64,000 nt of DNA from an uncultured cyanobacterium (GTDB lineage: Bacteria; Cyanobacteriota; Cyanobacteriia; Phormidesmidales; Phormidesmidaceae), in contig CAWBZI010000006.1 in NCBI GenBank assembly GCA_963793265.1, forward strand, positions 1,039,441-1,103,440, in the 5' to 3' direction. Of the stretch, positions 45,678 to 56,754 are shown one piece after another. The position numbers and the translations under genes were made by a program. The notes under the pieces were generated by a model that worked only from the letters and a program-made list of their open reading frames with translations, did not search any database and had not been told where the DNA came from. Every line of letters begins with the position of its first letter. Position 1 is the stretch's first letter.

Positions 45678-45917
45678 CTAGATTTTTAGATCATTCTCGG
45701 CACTTAGCTTAAAAGAATTAATAACCTCGCACGGCCCATCTTCTGCATCGTACATCGCAGGCAATGGGTCGTTTTTTTGGGTGGGCTTCCAGTTTTGAAA
45801 GTATGCCTCTAGCGCAGAAACGATGGCTGCTTCAGGAGATTGTATATCGCTGTCGCTCTGGTATGCCTGAAGCTGAACTCGCAGCGATTGCGGCATGTTG
45901 ACGGTTAGAGTTTGCAC
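45678..45917 (-). CDS. Small hypothetical protein with an RHH/CopG-like N-terminus
   Basis: GAGG RBS before GTG; LTVNMPQSL..L...AIVSALEAYF; lies downstream of dnaJ. Confidence 0.65.
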   Translation of the reverse strand: MQTLTVNMPQSLRVQLQAYQSDSDIQSPEAAIVSALEAYFQNWKPTQKNDPLPAMYDAEDGPCEVINSFKLSAENDLKI

Positions 45918-45954
45918 TGCAAAGGCACCTCGTTAAAGAACACAAAAGTTGAAA

Positions 45955-47067
45955 TCACACGGGTAGATTGGCTCTAGGATCAAGTCGCTCAATGTTTCTT
46001 AGTTCCTGATATAGCGCTTTCTCCTCATCGTCTAGCACTGTAGGCATAACCACGTCAATTTCTACTATTTGATCACCATATAGCTCTGGGCTAATTGGAT
46101 AGCCTTTGCCGGTCAGCTTAAGTAGTTGCTTGGGCTGCACGCCGGGCGGAATCATCATGTTCACCAGCCCGCCCAAGGTCGGCACCGCGATGGTACCGCC
46201 CAGTACCGCTTCGCTAGGGGTGATGGGTAACTGGCAGTAAACGTTGCCGTCTTTTAAGGTGAAGTAAGGATGGGGCTCTACCTCAATGCGCAGATATAAG
46301 TTGCCACCGTCAATGCCTTGCCCCTTGAGTCTGATGCGCTGCCCGGTCACCATACCCGGCGGCATACTTACCTCTAGCGATCGCCCATCTTCTAGCCGAA
46401 TGCGCTCACGCCCACCCGCATAGGCTTTTTCTAAAGGCACGACCAAATCAGCTTCAGCGTCACGACGTGATCGCGAAGGTGGCTGCGTTCTATAAGCTGC
46501 TCGGCGGCTGTCTGTAGCCGCAGAGCCATTAGTTTTTGAGCTACTGGTAGTTGAGCCGCTTGCTGTTCGACGGCTGGTGCGATCGCTCCCGTCACGCTGA
46601 GATTTGGCAAAGTCACCCTCAGATTTACCCTCAGATCTGCGCTCAGTTTGAGTACGCCCAGACGAGGTAGCGGCCTTTTGAGCAGGCGGCGCTTGCCACA
46701 TCGAATCATCGTTCGACTGATGGCGCTTCAGCAGTTGCTCGACAAAATTATCAAAGTCTTCAAACGCGCTGTACTCAGCTTCGGCTTTAGTTTTGCGCGT
46801 TTTTTTGTTCAGATTGCTCCAGTTTTTGAAGCCTTTTTGCTTCCAGTACCGACTGTACTCTTCGTAGTGCGATCGCTTATCCACATCCGAGAGCACGTCA
46901 TAAGCTTCGCCAATCTGCTTAAACTTCTCTTCAGCCTCCTTATTCCCAGGATTCAAATCAGGATGATACTGCCGGGCCAGCGCCCGATAGGCTCGCTTAA
47001 TTTCTTCAGCCGTCGCCTCTTTAGAGATTCCAAGAATTTCGTAATAGTCTCGAAAGTTTTGCATCAA
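45955..47067 (-). CDS. dnaJ: DnaJ/CbpA-type co-chaperone (J domain + C-terminal domain, no Zn finger)
   Basis: [32 protein letters not shown]. Confidence 0.93.
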   Translation of the reverse strand: MMQNFRDYYEILGISKEATAEEIKRAYRALARQYHPDLNPGNKEAEEKFKQIGEAYDVLSDVDKRSHYEEYSRYWKQKGFKNWSNLNKKTRKTKAEAEYSAFEDFDNFVEQLLKRHQSNDDSMWQAPPAQKAATSSGRTQTERRSEGKSEGDFAKSQRDGSDRTSRRTASGSTTSSSKTNGSAATDSRRAAYRTQPPSRSRRDAEADLVVPLEKAYAGGRERIRLEDGRSLEVSMPPGMVTGQRIRLKGQGIDGGNLYLRIEVEPHPYFTLKDGNVYCQLPITPSEAVLGGTIAVPTLGGLVNMMIPPGVQPKQLLKLTGKGYPISPELYGDQIVEIDVVMPTVLDDEEKALYQELRNIERLDPRANLPV

Positions 47068-47079
47068 TGCGTATCGCGT

Positions 47080-49902
47080 TTAAAACCACTCATCGTCATC
47101 GTTCCAATTGTCCTTAGCAGGCTGAGGACGACTGTTAGGGGCAGACCCAGCTTGATCATAGCGGGGGCGATCGCTCGGTCTATCGCTCGGTCTATCGCTC
47201 GGTCTATTGTCCTGAGGCGCTTCGTTCTGGCGATAGCTATCTTGACCATATGAATCTTGGCTATAACCGCCCTGACTGTAACCGCCCTGACTATAGCTAT
47301 CCGGTTGATTATAGGCGTCCGGCTGCCTACTGCCTGGCTGCTGGTAACTATTCTGTTCGTAGGCGGGCTGATTGTAGGCATCTTGAGCATAGCCGCCCTG
47401 ATCGCGATACCCTCCTTGAGGTGGCCCAGAATTGTAGCCATTACGGGGACTCTCGTTAGGTGAAGCATAGGCATCTTGACCATACGCGCCTTGATCGTAC
47501 GAATTGCCTCGGTCATACGAATCGCTTGGATTATATGAATCCTGACGATACGCATCTTGACCATAGGCATCCTGGCCATACGAATCTTGATTGCCGTAAG
47601 CGTCGCGACGATAGGGCTGCTGACCACCGGCAGGCGGTTGGCTGTAAGCGTCCTGCCCATAGGCATCTGGACTATAGGTTCGCGGCGAGTAGTCACTGCG
47701 AGTGTCACCTGGCAGGCTACGGCCAGGCTGTTCATAGCCACCTTGCACAGGCCGATCTTGACCGTACACATCCGCACCGTAGCGCTGGTTTTGACTGTAG
47801 GTCTGTTCGTAATTTGGCGCGGGCGGCGGAGAATTACGAGACTTTTCCCAGTCGTCGTCCCAGTCGTCCCAACTGCTGGCCTGACTGGCATTGCCCTGCC
47901 CCCAGCTTGGCGTATCCCACTGAGCCTGCTGGCCCCAGCCATTAGAATATCCGTTAGCAGGATAGCTGTCGTAGCCGCTGCCGGTGCCATAGCCACCAGG
48001 GCGGTAATAGTCGTCGTCATCTCCTGAAAATGCGCGCTTCAGGGTATCGCCAATTTGGCCTAAGATGCCGTCGCCGTCTTCGTCCATATCGTATAGATAG
48101 GCTTCACGATTGAGTTCGTACACCTCATTTTGCAAATCAGACTGGGTGATATCTATGCCGCGCTCGTCTTTTTGCTCAAGGGCAGCTCTGAGTTCTTGCA
48201 CCAAAGTTTCGATGCGGCGGCGGCGATCGCGCGCAAACTGCATTCCAAAATCAATCGCCACTTCTCTAAGCACGCGCTCGGCCTTAAAGGTCAGCGCCTC
48301 TGCCCGATTGCGTTTCTCAATCCGCTCACGCTGCAGTCGATCGGTCGCGGCATTCTCCTCAGCCGCCCGAATCATGTCTTGAATATCAGCCTCAGACAAA
48401 TTCGAGGCTTCTTGCACCGTAATGCTCTGCTGCCGCCCGGTTGTCTTATCTAGCGCCGACACCTGCAAAATACCGTTCGCATCAATATCAAACGATACCT
48501 GCACCTGCGGAATGCCACGCGGCGCGGGTGGAATGCCCATCAGCTTAAAGCGGCCCAAAGACTTATTGTCTTGAACCATCTCGCGCTCGCCCTGGAGAAT
48601 ATGAACTTCCACCACGGTCTGATTGTTTTCAGAGGTCGAAAACGTATCGGAGCGCCGCACCGGAATTGTCGTATTGCGAGGAATCAGCTTCTTCATCACG
48701 CCGCCAATCGTCTCAACGCCCAAAGACAAAGGCGATACGTCTAATAGCAAAATGTCTTTGACTTCTTGCGTCAAAATGCCTGCTTGAATCGCTGCGCCCA
48801 CCGCCACCACTTCATCGGGGTTCACATTACGGTTTGGCTCACGGTTCATCACCGAGCGCACCAAATCTTGCACCATGGGCATTCGACTTGCCCCACCCAC
48901 TAAAACCACTTCATCGATCTGGCTAGGGGTCACGTTGGCATCGGCCAAAGCCTGCTTGAGCGGGCCGCGAATTCGGCTGACCAAATCGCTACAGAGCGCC
49001 TCAAAGTGTGATCGCTCCAACTTAGTCTCGATATGCTTCGGCCCATCTGCGGTTGCGGTAATAAACGGCAGATTAATTTCGGTAACTGGCACGCCAGAAA
49101 GTTCTATTTTTGCTTTCTCAGCAGCTTCGCTGAGACGCTGAAGGGACTGGCGATCGCGTCGCAAATCCACCCCTTCTTTCTCCAAAAAGCCTTCAGCGAG
49201 CCAGTCAACAATCTTCTTATCAAAGTTCAGCCCGCCCAACTGCGTATCACCGCTTGTAGAGCGCACCTCAAAGACGCCATCGCCAACATCTAGCACCGAC
49301 ACATCAAACGTACCGCCGCCCAAATCAAATACCAAAATTGTCTGGTTATACTGCTGGTCTAGTCCGTAGGCCAAAGAAGCCGCCGTTGGCTCATTGATAA
49401 TTCGCTTCACTTCGAGCCCGGCAATGCGCCCAGCATCGCGAGTCGCCTGTCGCTGAGCATCGTTAAAGTAGGCAGGTACCGTAATCACGGCCCCAGTGAC
49501 CGGCTGGCCCAGATATTGCGCCGCCTCATCGGCCAGCTTACGCAAAATCATTGCCGAAATTTCTTCGGGCGCAAAGTCCTTGTCCAGCCGAGAGCTGCGA
49601 ACCCTTACACTGCCAGATTCACCGCGTCGCACCGTGTAGGGCACCCGCTTAGAATCACTGCTCAGCTCATCGTATTTGCGTCCCACAAAGCGCTTCACCG
49701 CAAAAAAAGTATTTTGAGGATTCAGCACCGACTGACGGCGGGCCATTTGGCCAATTAGCTTCTCGCCTTCTTTACTAAAAGCTACGACTGATGGCGTCGT
49801 TCTCATGCCTTCTGCATTCGCAATGACAACGGGTTTACCGCCTTCCATCACTGCCACTACAGAATTAGTCGTGCCCAGGTCAATGCCAACTACTTTACCC
49901 AT
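47080..49902 (-). CDS. dnaK: Hsp70 chaperone of the DnaK3 type, with a very long low-complexity C-terminal extension (940 aa)
   Basis: [28 protein letters not shown]; terminal WNDDDEWF; adjacent to dnaJ. Confidence 0.95.
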   Translation of the reverse strand: MGKVVGIDLGTTNSVVAVMEGGKPVVIANAEGMRTTPSVVAFSKEGEKLIGQMARRQSVLNPQNTFFAVKRFVGRKYDELSSDSKRVPYTVRRGESGSVRVRSSRLDKDFAPEEISAMILRKLADEAAQYLGQPVTGAVITVPAYFNDAQRQATRDAGRIAGLEVKRIINEPTAASLAYGLDQQYNQTILVFDLGGGTFDVSVLDVGDGVFEVRSTSGDTQLGGLNFDKKIVDWLAEGFLEKEGVDLRRDRQSLQRLSEAAEKAKIELSGVPVTEINLPFITATADGPKHIETKLERSHFEALCSDLVSRIRGPLKQALADANVTPSQIDEVVLVGGASRMPMVQDLVRSVMNREPNRNVNPDEVVAVGAAIQAGILTQEVKDILLLDVSPLSLGVETIGGVMKKLIPRNTTIPVRRSDTFSTSENNQTVVEVHILQGEREMVQDNKSLGRFKLMGIPPAPRGIPQVQVSFDIDANGILQVSALDKTTGRQQSITVQEASNLSEADIQDMIRAAEENAATDRLQRERIEKRNRAEALTFKAERVLREVAIDFGMQFARDRRRRIETLVQELRAALEQKDERGIDITQSDLQNEVYELNREAYLYDMDEDGDGILGQIGDTLKRAFSGDDDDYYRPGGYGTGSGYDSYPANGYSNGWGQQAQWDTPSWGQGNASQASSWDDWDDDWEKSRNSPPPAPNYEQTYSQNQRYGADVYGQDRPVQGGYEQPGRSLPGDTRSDYSPRTYSPDAYGQDAYSQPPAGGQQPYRRDAYGNQDSYGQDAYGQDAYRQDSYNPSDSYDRGNSYDQGAYGQDAYASPNESPRNGYNSGPPQGGYRDQGGYAQDAYNQPAYEQNSYQQPGSRQPDAYNQPDSYSQGGYSQGGYSQDSYGQDSYRQNEAPQDNRPSDRPSDRPSDRPRYDQAGSAPNSRPQPAKDNWNDDDEWF
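47170..47205. repeat. 12-bp tandem repeat x3 within dnaK (encodes RPSD)
   Basis: ATCGCTCGGTCT x3. Confidence 0.9.
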
Positions 49903-50179
49903 TCGCCTGGTTTCTCCTCATCTAACATATCTATAGCACTAGCCGTAGCGCTCAAGGCAGCGGATAACCGTAATCCGCACCCGCCTCACAAAAGCACCCA
50001 AAATGCAAAAGGCTCTATATATCTAATTGACTTATCATAGGCGCTTCTCGGAGTCGTTGTCGGCAATCAATGCCGAATTAATACAGAAGCACTTTGGAGG
50101 AGTGGTTAAAAACGGTTTTGCGAATCGCACCAAAAAATCAACATCTTGTCCGCGTTTGTTGATACTATTGAAAGCCAAC

Positions 50180-50262
50180 GCGGATGTGGCGGAATTGGTA
50201 GACGCGCTAGATTTAGGTTCTAGTGTCCTCGTGACGTGAAGGTTCAAGTCCTTTCATCCGCA
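50180..50262 (+). tRNA. trnL: tRNA-Leu (TAG)
   Basis: GCGGATG/CATCCGC acceptor stem, CTAGA-TTTAGGT-TCTAG, long variable arm, GTTCAAGTC. Confidence 0.96.
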
Positions 50263-50305
50263 TCGTACGAGCCCGTCAAAAGCCCAGTACGAGCATAGTA
50301 AAAGC

Positions 50306-50340
50306 AAAGCGCTTCAGATTTATTCCTGGAGCGCTTTCTT
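50306..50340 (+). terminator. Terminator after tRNA-Leu
   Basis: AAAGCGCTTCAG...CTGGAGCGCTTT followed by CTT. Confidence 0.6.
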
Positions 50341-50643
50341 CAATTTAAACCAGGCTTTTGAAAAGGCTAAACCGTAGAGACAGGAAAGGTGAGCCTGGAG
50401 CCTTCTATACTGCTCTAGCGGGTCTATGCATAACTGGCAATTAATTGATTCAGGTTCTAAATCTCAGCCTCAAAACCGTCATCTTTTACACCGTTTTATA
50501 ATGCTTTCTCGGATTCTTTTTTGAACCCCCTATATATAGGAGAAGATTTTATCTCGAATTCGTTCCTACAGGCCCCAAATACGAACCGCCAAACACACCA
50601 AATTCTGCTGAACACATCACCGACGACATCTAGGAAAATTCCT

Positions 50644-51795
50644 GTGCTGCTATCCAAAGGTTTTGAAGTTGAAATGTATACGGGCACGCCTGCTGGAGAG
50701 GTTGTAGGCTTTTCTGACAAAATTGTGGCCACCCTCGATGGATTTGTCAGGGAGCCCGATACGCGCAATGTCGAATACACAACCGCGCCCTTTTGCCGCT
50801 ACGAGCATTTACTTTGCGAGCTAGTCAAGCCCAGAGTCAGGCTCAGGAACTATCTCAAAACCTTAGGCGACTACACCATCATTCCGGGCAGTACGCTGCC
50901 GCTAGGCGGAGCAGACACTTTTCATCGCTCCGATCCTAAAAATCCCTATCACACCTACATCGAGCAAACCTACGGCACCGATGTGGTCACCGCCAGTATT
51001 CATATCAACGTTGGCATTACCGACCCTGAGGCGCTGATGCGGGCCTGTCGGCTAATTCGACTAGAAGCGCCTTTGTATTTAGCGATGACCGCTTCTTCAC
51101 CATTTTTTGACGGCAAAATCACCGGCTTTCACTCAACCCGCTGGCACCTTTTCCCTCAAACGCCCGTCCATGTGCCGCTGTTTGAAAGCCATCTTCATCA
51201 CATTCGATGGGTAGAGGAGCAGCTAGCGGCCAATACGATGCAGAGCGTTCGGCACCTGTGGAGTTCGGTGCGGCCCAATGGCGATCGCCGCCCTTACAAC
51301 CTCAATCGGCTAGAACTCCGCATTTGTGATTTGGTTAGCGATCCGCTTCACCTACTGGCCGTGACCGCTCTGCTCGAAGCCCGGCTACATCAACTGCTTG
51401 AGAATCCTGCTCTCGACCCGTTAGAAAGTTCGCAAATTAGCGCCCACAATCGCAGTGAAGATCTTTTAGCGATCACCCTCGAAAACGAACAATCTGTTGC
51501 AAAAAATAGTCTCAATGCCGAACTTACCCACTGGCAAAGCGGCGCGACGATTACTGCCAGTGACTGGATCGCGCAGCTATACGAAGAAGTTCGACCCTAC
51601 GCGCAGCGATCGGGTATTAGCTGTTTCCTCACGCCCGTCAAGCAAATTTTACGAGAAGGAAACCAGGCGCAGCAGTGGATTGCGCAAGCCGAGAAGACCA
51701 GTTTGGATGAAGTGGTGCAAGGGGCGATCGCTAAAATGCACCAGCAAGAAGACTTTTTAGCCCAAGATATCTGCCAGCCTGCCGCTATCGCTTAA
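50644..51795 (+). CDS. gshA: Glutamate-cysteine ligase, cyanobacterial type
   Basis: LLSKGFEVEMYTG, REPDTRNVEY, TASIHIN, NRLELRICD; GTG start at 50644 chosen. Confidence 0.92.
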   Translation: MLLSKGFEVEMYTGTPAGEVVGFSDKIVATLDGFVREPDTRNVEYTTAPFCRYEHLLCELVKPRVRLRNYLKTLGDYTIIPGSTLPLGGADTFHRSDPKNPYHTYIEQTYGTDVVTASIHINVGITDPEALMRACRLIRLEAPLYLAMTASSPFFDGKITGFHSTRWHLFPQTPVHVPLFESHLHHIRWVEEQLAANTMQSVRHLWSSVRPNGDRRPYNLNRLELRICDLVSDPLHLLAVTALLEARLHQLLENPALDPLESSQISAHNRSEDLLAITLENEQSVAKNSLNAELTHWQSGATITASDWIAQLYEEVRPYAQRSGISCFLTPVKQILREGNQAQQWIAQAEKTSLDEVVQGAIAKMHQQEDFLAQDICQPAAIA

Positions 51796-51812
51796 ATTCT
51801 GCCTATATCCTC

Positions 51813-52292
51813 ATGCCCAAAATCGTTCTAATCGAGCCCGAAATTCCGCCCAATACCGGCAACATTGCTCGCACCTGCGCCGCCACTGGCACCCCACTGC
51901 ACCTAGTCATGCCGCTTGGCTTTGAACTCAGCGACAAATACCTCAAGCGTGCCGGACTAGACTACTGGCCTCACGTTGATCTTCAGTTGCACGAGTGCGT
52001 TCAAGATTTTTTAAGCTATGCCACTAAGCAGCCTGGCCGACTCATCGGATTTAGTGCTCGCGCCTCAGATAGCTACACCAACATTGCCTATACGGATGAC
52101 GACTGGCTAATTTTTGGCAAGGAAAGTCAGGGTCTATCGCCTGCAATGCTCGAAAAATGTAGCTTAGTCACCACGATTCCGATGACAAAAGGACACGTAC
52201 GCAGCCTCAATCTTTCAGTTAGCGCTGCGGTCGGCCTGTTCGAAGCAATTAGACAAATTGGAGTGGGTAGCCCTACTGAACAAAAAACATAG
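51813..52292 (+). CDS. trmL: tRNA (cytidine34-2'-O)-methyltransferase (SPOUT)
   Basis: PEIPPNTGNIARTCA, RAGLDYW, FGKESQGL, RSLNLS. Confidence 0.94.
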   Translation: MPKIVLIEPEIPPNTGNIARTCAATGTPLHLVMPLGFELSDKYLKRAGLDYWPHVDLQLHECVQDFLSYATKQPGRLIGFSARASDSYTNIAYTDDDWLIFGKESQGLSPAMLEKCSLVTTIPMTKGHVRSLNLSVSAAVGLFEAIRQIGVGSPTEQKT

Positions 52293-52918
52293 GGAACTCT
52301 GCTGTCTGTAATCTACGAAACCTTATTAAATAACTATCGCTTATAACAACCGGCTCCTACGATTATTCGTCCTTAAGCATTAAAAAATTTCAGTATTTCT
52401 TGGGAGAGCGCCCACCAATCGCAGTTAAGACAAGGCATTCAAGATATAAATTGCTCAATAAATAGAGCAAGCGAAAATATCTGTGACCTCTACCCGAAGG
52501 AATATTTTCTAATGTGCCAGATAGAAAATTGGCCCCTACCGTACATTCTCAAAGTCTAAGCATCTCGGGCGTTTTAGAATCTTCAAGGGTTATCCAATTG
52601 CAAACCTCTGTTCAGCACTCAGGCGGTGAAGTTTAGGTTGTATCAAGTTTTGGGCATTCAAAGTAGGTCGCGGAAGTGATGATTGAAATAAGCGTTAAGT
52701 CGTGTAAACTTGCCTAAGTCGAACAAGCACAGGTTTGTTGACGGGCATTAAGCACATTGCTGCCGGGTCACACCGCAGCGAACCTGGAGAAAATCTAGGG
52801 ACATTAATGCCACGAGAAGCAGCACTGCTGTTATCGAAAGTCGTTGTACGGTCAATCGAAGAGCTATTGCGACGATTTTGTACTAACGGTTAAACGCTGA
52901 ACATTAGGAGGTTATTCC

Positions 52919-54766
52919 TTGAAAGAAGCAATTTCACAGGAAAAGGTGTCTGACTCAAGTCATTCATATATTCCAGAAGGAAATGGGAGCACTAGCTCAA
53001 ATAGCAGTCTTAAGTCGGCTGCGATGTTGGGTCTTGCTCTCTCAGTCGGTGCATCTGGAGCGTTGGTTTCTCAGACTGAAGCCTCAGCGGCAGTCTCCGC
53101 TCCAACATCCTCTGCAGCTACAGAGGCTGTTTCAAGTAATTCTTCTCGTCCTTCTAATGCTGCGACGGCGACTGATGAAGCTGCTACACCGCAGCAGCAG
53201 ATTGTAGGAACTCATACCATCGAAGCGGGTGAGAGCCTGTGGCAAATTGCCCAGCAGCACCGCGTAGGCTTGCAAGAGCTGAAGCGCGCAAACGCACTAC
53301 CGCCAGAAACTTCGATTCGTGTGGGTCAAACGCTTCAGGTTCCCAGCAGCCAAACGAGCAGCCAGGCAATCAGTAGTGCGTCCTCGAATAGCAATACATC
53401 TTTGTCAAAGCTAGTCGCCGGTATCCCTACTAAAGACAGCCGTCAGACAGAAGCTTCATCCGTTCAGCCTGTGGCCATTCCTCAAGGTGAAGCAACTCGG
53501 CAAGTTGCCACGCAGGCTCCTAGCCTGGAAATGGCGTCACCTGCAATCAGCATTGAAGTGGCCGATGCATCTTCTCAAGAGGGCACTGTGTCGGACACTG
53601 GTTCTGTAGTGACCGCTCTGGCTACGCCAAGGTCGGTGACTCGCTATCAGGTTCAACCAGGCGATACGCTAAATACAATTGCGACTTCGTTTGGCATTAC
53701 CTCAGCAGAGCTGATTAGAACCAATGCGCTTGCCAATCCCAATGTAATTTTGGTTGGTGACACGCTAACTGTTCCAGCAGCAGCAACCCCCATACCCGCT
53801 GCCAGAAAAGCGTCTCCAACGCCTAATGCAGCGACCCCACAGCAGGCCAGCTCCCAACGATTGGCCTACCTTCGCAGCACCGTTATCCGGCCCGAAGCCA
53901 CTCAGATTATAGAAGACCTACGCGAAGCCTCTGCTGAAGAGCCTGTCAGCGTAGGCGGTGAACCGGTTACTGCTAAAGACTTATTAGGGTCTAACGAGAC
54001 GATTACTGAGAGCGCCGATCCTTCTACGGCCAGTCTTCTAGAAGACGTTCAAGAGATTCGTACTCAGGCTGCTGCTGTTTCAGAAGTTGACACAGCAGAA
54101 ACCTCCGTAGCTGAAGCGGCTGAGTCAGAAGGGACACTGCTCGCTAGGGCAAGGCGATCAGAACTTAGACCTGGCGTTGCTGAGGGTTCGGCTCGTTCGA
54201 TCAATCGCCCAGCGGTGCGTTCGGCTGAGTCTTTGCCTGAAAGCAGCAGCGCTGATACCGATCTTCTTGCGGCTGCACCTATCAGCCCAGACGCCTACAT
54301 TCCAGCGCAACGTTCTGGTGTGCCTCAGGTGGTATCGCCTGATATGCCAATCTTGCCGTCAGCAGATGAGTATTTGCCCGAAGCCCCCGAGTACTTTAAC
54401 GGCTATATTTGGCCAGCTCAAGGTACGGTCACTTCCGGCTATGGCTGGCGCTGGGGCAGAATGCACCGAGGCGTCGATGTCGCTGGGCCGGTCGGTACAC
54501 CTATCGTCGCAGCCGGTACTGGCGTTGTTGAGCAGGCAGGTTGGAATTCAGGTGGCTATGGCAATATGGTCGAGATTCGCCATCCTGACGGCAGCCTTAC
54601 TCGCTATGCTCACAACAACCGCTTGAATGTGAGCGCAGGTCAGTCAGTTCGCCAGGGCCAACAAATCGCTGAAATGGGTAGCACTGGCTATAGCACTGGC
54701 CCTCACCTACACTTTGAGCTGCATCAAAGCGGCAGCGCTGTTAACCCAGTTGCCTATCTGCCTTAA
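52919..54766 (+). CDS. LysM x2 + M23 peptidase (NlpD-like)
   Basis: HTIEAGESLWQIA and YQVQPGDTLNTIA LysM domains; HRGVD, YAHN, STGPHLHFE. Confidence 0.93.
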   Translation: MKEAISQEKVSDSSHSYIPEGNGSTSSNSSLKSAAMLGLALSVGASGALVSQTEASAAVSAPTSSAATEAVSSNSSRPSNAATATDEAATPQQQIVGTHTIEAGESLWQIAQQHRVGLQELKRANALPPETSIRVGQTLQVPSSQTSSQAISSASSNSNTSLSKLVAGIPTKDSRQTEASSVQPVAIPQGEATRQVATQAPSLEMASPAISIEVADASSQEGTVSDTGSVVTALATPRSVTRYQVQPGDTLNTIATSFGITSAELIRTNALANPNVILVGDTLTVPAAATPIPAARKASPTPNAATPQQASSQRLAYLRSTVIRPEATQIIEDLREASAEEPVSVGGEPVTAKDLLGSNETITESADPSTASLLEDVQEIRTQAAAVSEVDTAETSVAEAAESEGTLLARARRSELRPGVAEGSARSINRPAVRSAESLPESSSADTDLLAAAPISPDAYIPAQRSGVPQVVSPDMPILPSADEYLPEAPEYFNGYIWPAQGTVTSGYGWRWGRMHRGVDVAGPVGTPIVAAGTGVVEQAGWNSGGYGNMVEIRHPDGSLTRYAHNNRLNVSAGQSVRQGQQIAEMGSTGYSTGPHLHFELHQSGSAVNPVAYLP

Positions 54767-54816
54767 TCGCTAGTGCTTTTATTGACGTTTGCTATCGACG
54801 CTAGCAAACGAAAAAC

Positions 54817-54859
54817 AAAATCCCTGCTATTTCAAAAATGAGCTAGCAGGGATTTTTTT
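54817..54859 (+). terminator. Intrinsic terminator after the M23 peptidase
   Basis: AAAATCCCTGCTA...TAGCAGGGATTTTTTT. Confidence 0.8.
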
Positions 54860-54939
54860 GCGGATCGTTTCGTGTTACATTTGTTCAGCTACGACAGACA
54901 CAGTTCTATATAGAGCACGGTTTTCGTCTAGGCATTTTC

Positions 54940-55012
54940 GGCTCTGTAGCTCAGTGGTTAGAGCAGGGGACTCATAAGCCCAAGGTCGCAGGTTCAAATC
55001 CCGCCAGAGCCA
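54940..55012 (+). tRNA. trnM: tRNA-Met (CAT), elongator type
   Basis: GGCTCTG/CAGAGCC acceptor stem (paired 1-72, so not initiator), CTCATAA loop, GTTCAAATC. Confidence 0.92.
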
Positions 55013-55027
55013 TTCACTCAATTGACG

Positions 55028-56401
55028 CTAACGATGTTTAGGCACAACTTTGATGCCAAGCTCCGGGCGTAGGGTAATAGACGATTGAGGAATAATTTTG
55101 TGATCGGACACCAGGGTGAACTGGTAGTGCTGCGCGATGGTCGCTAATATCAAAACCGCTTCCATGACAGCAAAACCTTTGCCGATACAAATCCGGGGGC
55201 CGTCTCCGAAGGGGAAATAAACGCCTCGGGGCAGTTGCTTTTCTAGTGGTTGCTCGTCTGTAGCGGGTAACCAGCGCTCAGGCTGAAAAGCTTCGGCATT
55301 ATCGAAGTACTCGGGGCTGTGGTGCATAACCCACTGGCTAATAATAACAACGCAATCTTTGGGAATGAGATAGTCGCCTACGGTGACATCTTCTGTAGAC
55401 TCGCGACCTAGCAGCGCCACTGGTGGATAAAGCCGCATTGACTCTTTGATGACGGCGTTGGTGTAGGGCAGCTTGTCGAGATCTTGCATAGTAGGACTTC
55501 TACCCTGAAGGACTGACTGAAGCTCTTCGTGTAGCTTAGCTTCGGCCTCGGGGTTTTGAGCGAGCAGCATCCAAGTCCAAGAAAGGGCGTTGGCGGTCGT
55601 TTCGTGCCCGGCGAGCATCAGCGTCGCGATTTCGTCACGGAGCTGCTGGTCGCTCATGCCGCTGCCATCTTCTTCGTCGCGAGCGGCCATGAGCATAGAG
55701 AGCAAATCGCCGGGGTCTTCACCGCTTTCTTTGCGATCGCGAATAATGCCATAAATAGTCTCATCCATCGCTTTTACCGCATTGCGATATCGAATATTCT
55801 CAGGACGAGGAAACCACTCGATGATAAAAAAGTTTTGGCGGCGCTTGCTATCAAACCAGTTCATCGATACGTCTAGAGCATGAGCGACGGTATCGGCTTC
55901 CCCCGTCGAGACATCCTGATTAAAGATAGCTTTCATGACAATATTGAGCGTCAGCCGCATCATGTCGCTATGAATATCTCTGGGCTCGGTATTGTCGTCA
56001 CCCCAGCTATTAAGCATTTGTTCGGTGTAGTCAACCATCGTGCGCCCGTAGCCTGCAATGCGCTTACGGTGAAACACCGGCTGGGCTAGCCGCCTTTGAC
56101 GGAACCAAGAATCGCCTTCGTTGGTGAGTAGGCCGTGGCCCAACAGTCGGTTGAGCGCTCGGAAGCCTCTGCTTTTTATGAAGGAGTCTCTATTTTTGAG
56201 GACGGCTTCGATCAGGTGAGGCGCGGTGATTAGACAGGCAGGCGTAGGGCCTAAGCGGAGCGGGACAATATCGCCGTAGTTGCGATCGCACTTTGTCAAA
56301 AAGCCCAGCGGGTCGCCGCCCAATTCGTTAAGGTTGCCAAGAATGGCACTACCCGCAGGCCCTTCTAGCTTAAAAATATTGGTCGCTGTCGCTTGAGTCA
56401 T
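55028..56401 (-). CDS. Cytochrome P450
   Basis: AGHETTA, ESMR, PERW, FGDGPRICIG. Confidence 0.96.
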   Translation of the reverse strand: MTQATATNIFKLEGPAGSAILGNLNELGGDPLGFLTKCDRNYGDIVPLRLGPTPACLITAPHLIEAVLKNRDSFIKSRGFRALNRLLGHGLLTNEGDSWFRQRRLAQPVFHRKRIAGYGRTMVDYTEQMLNSWGDDNTEPRDIHSDMMRLTLNIVMKAIFNQDVSTGEADTVAHALDVSMNWFDSKRRQNFFIIEWFPRPENIRYRNAVKAMDETIYGIIRDRKESGEDPGDLLSMLMAARDEEDGSGMSDQQLRDEIATLMLAGHETTANALSWTWMLLAQNPEAEAKLHEELQSVLQGRSPTMQDLDKLPYTNAVIKESMRLYPPVALLGRESTEDVTVGDYLIPKDCVVIISQWVMHHSPEYFDNAEAFQPERWLPATDEQPLEKQLPRGVYFPFGDGPRICIGKGFAVMEAVLILATIAQHYQFTLVSDHKIIPQSSITLRPELGIKVVPKHR

Positions 56402-56754
56402 GGCGAATTTTTCCTACTAGCAGGTAGCTCAATATTGTTCTTGGGTCATCCCAGGCATCTCACGGTATCTAACTTTACGAGAGATACAGACTAATGTACT
56501 TAGATTTATACCTAGCGGCAGAGTAGGGAACTGAAGAGCAATAAAGAAAGGTGAGCATGGTCAATTACCGTTAAGTTGCCCTAATCAACGAATTAAGTTG
56601 ATATATGCTTATTTCGCGTTTTCTAAATAAACGCCAAGTCTTGCAAATCCCCCGAAGGATATTAATTTTCTTTGCGCTATCCTCTTCTTTTGGCAGACGC
56701 GCGGAGAGTTTGTATCTGGTGTAATAGTGCAAGTACACACCGGAGAGAACACAT

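Noticed and set aside
47064..48027. Several long alternative-frame ORFs (318, 161, 156 aa) overlapping the dnaK tail
   Set aside because: They are shadows of the repetitive, stop-poor dnaK coding sequence and carry no family motifs.
50027..50247. 70-aa ORFs on both strands, and likewise 54789-54977
   Set aside because: They overlap tRNA genes and their promoters and are spurious.
54940..55030. tRNA-Met as the attachment site for the downstream stress cluster
   Set aside because: No integrase and no duplicated tRNA 3' end within the window; it cannot be excluded beyond 64 kb.
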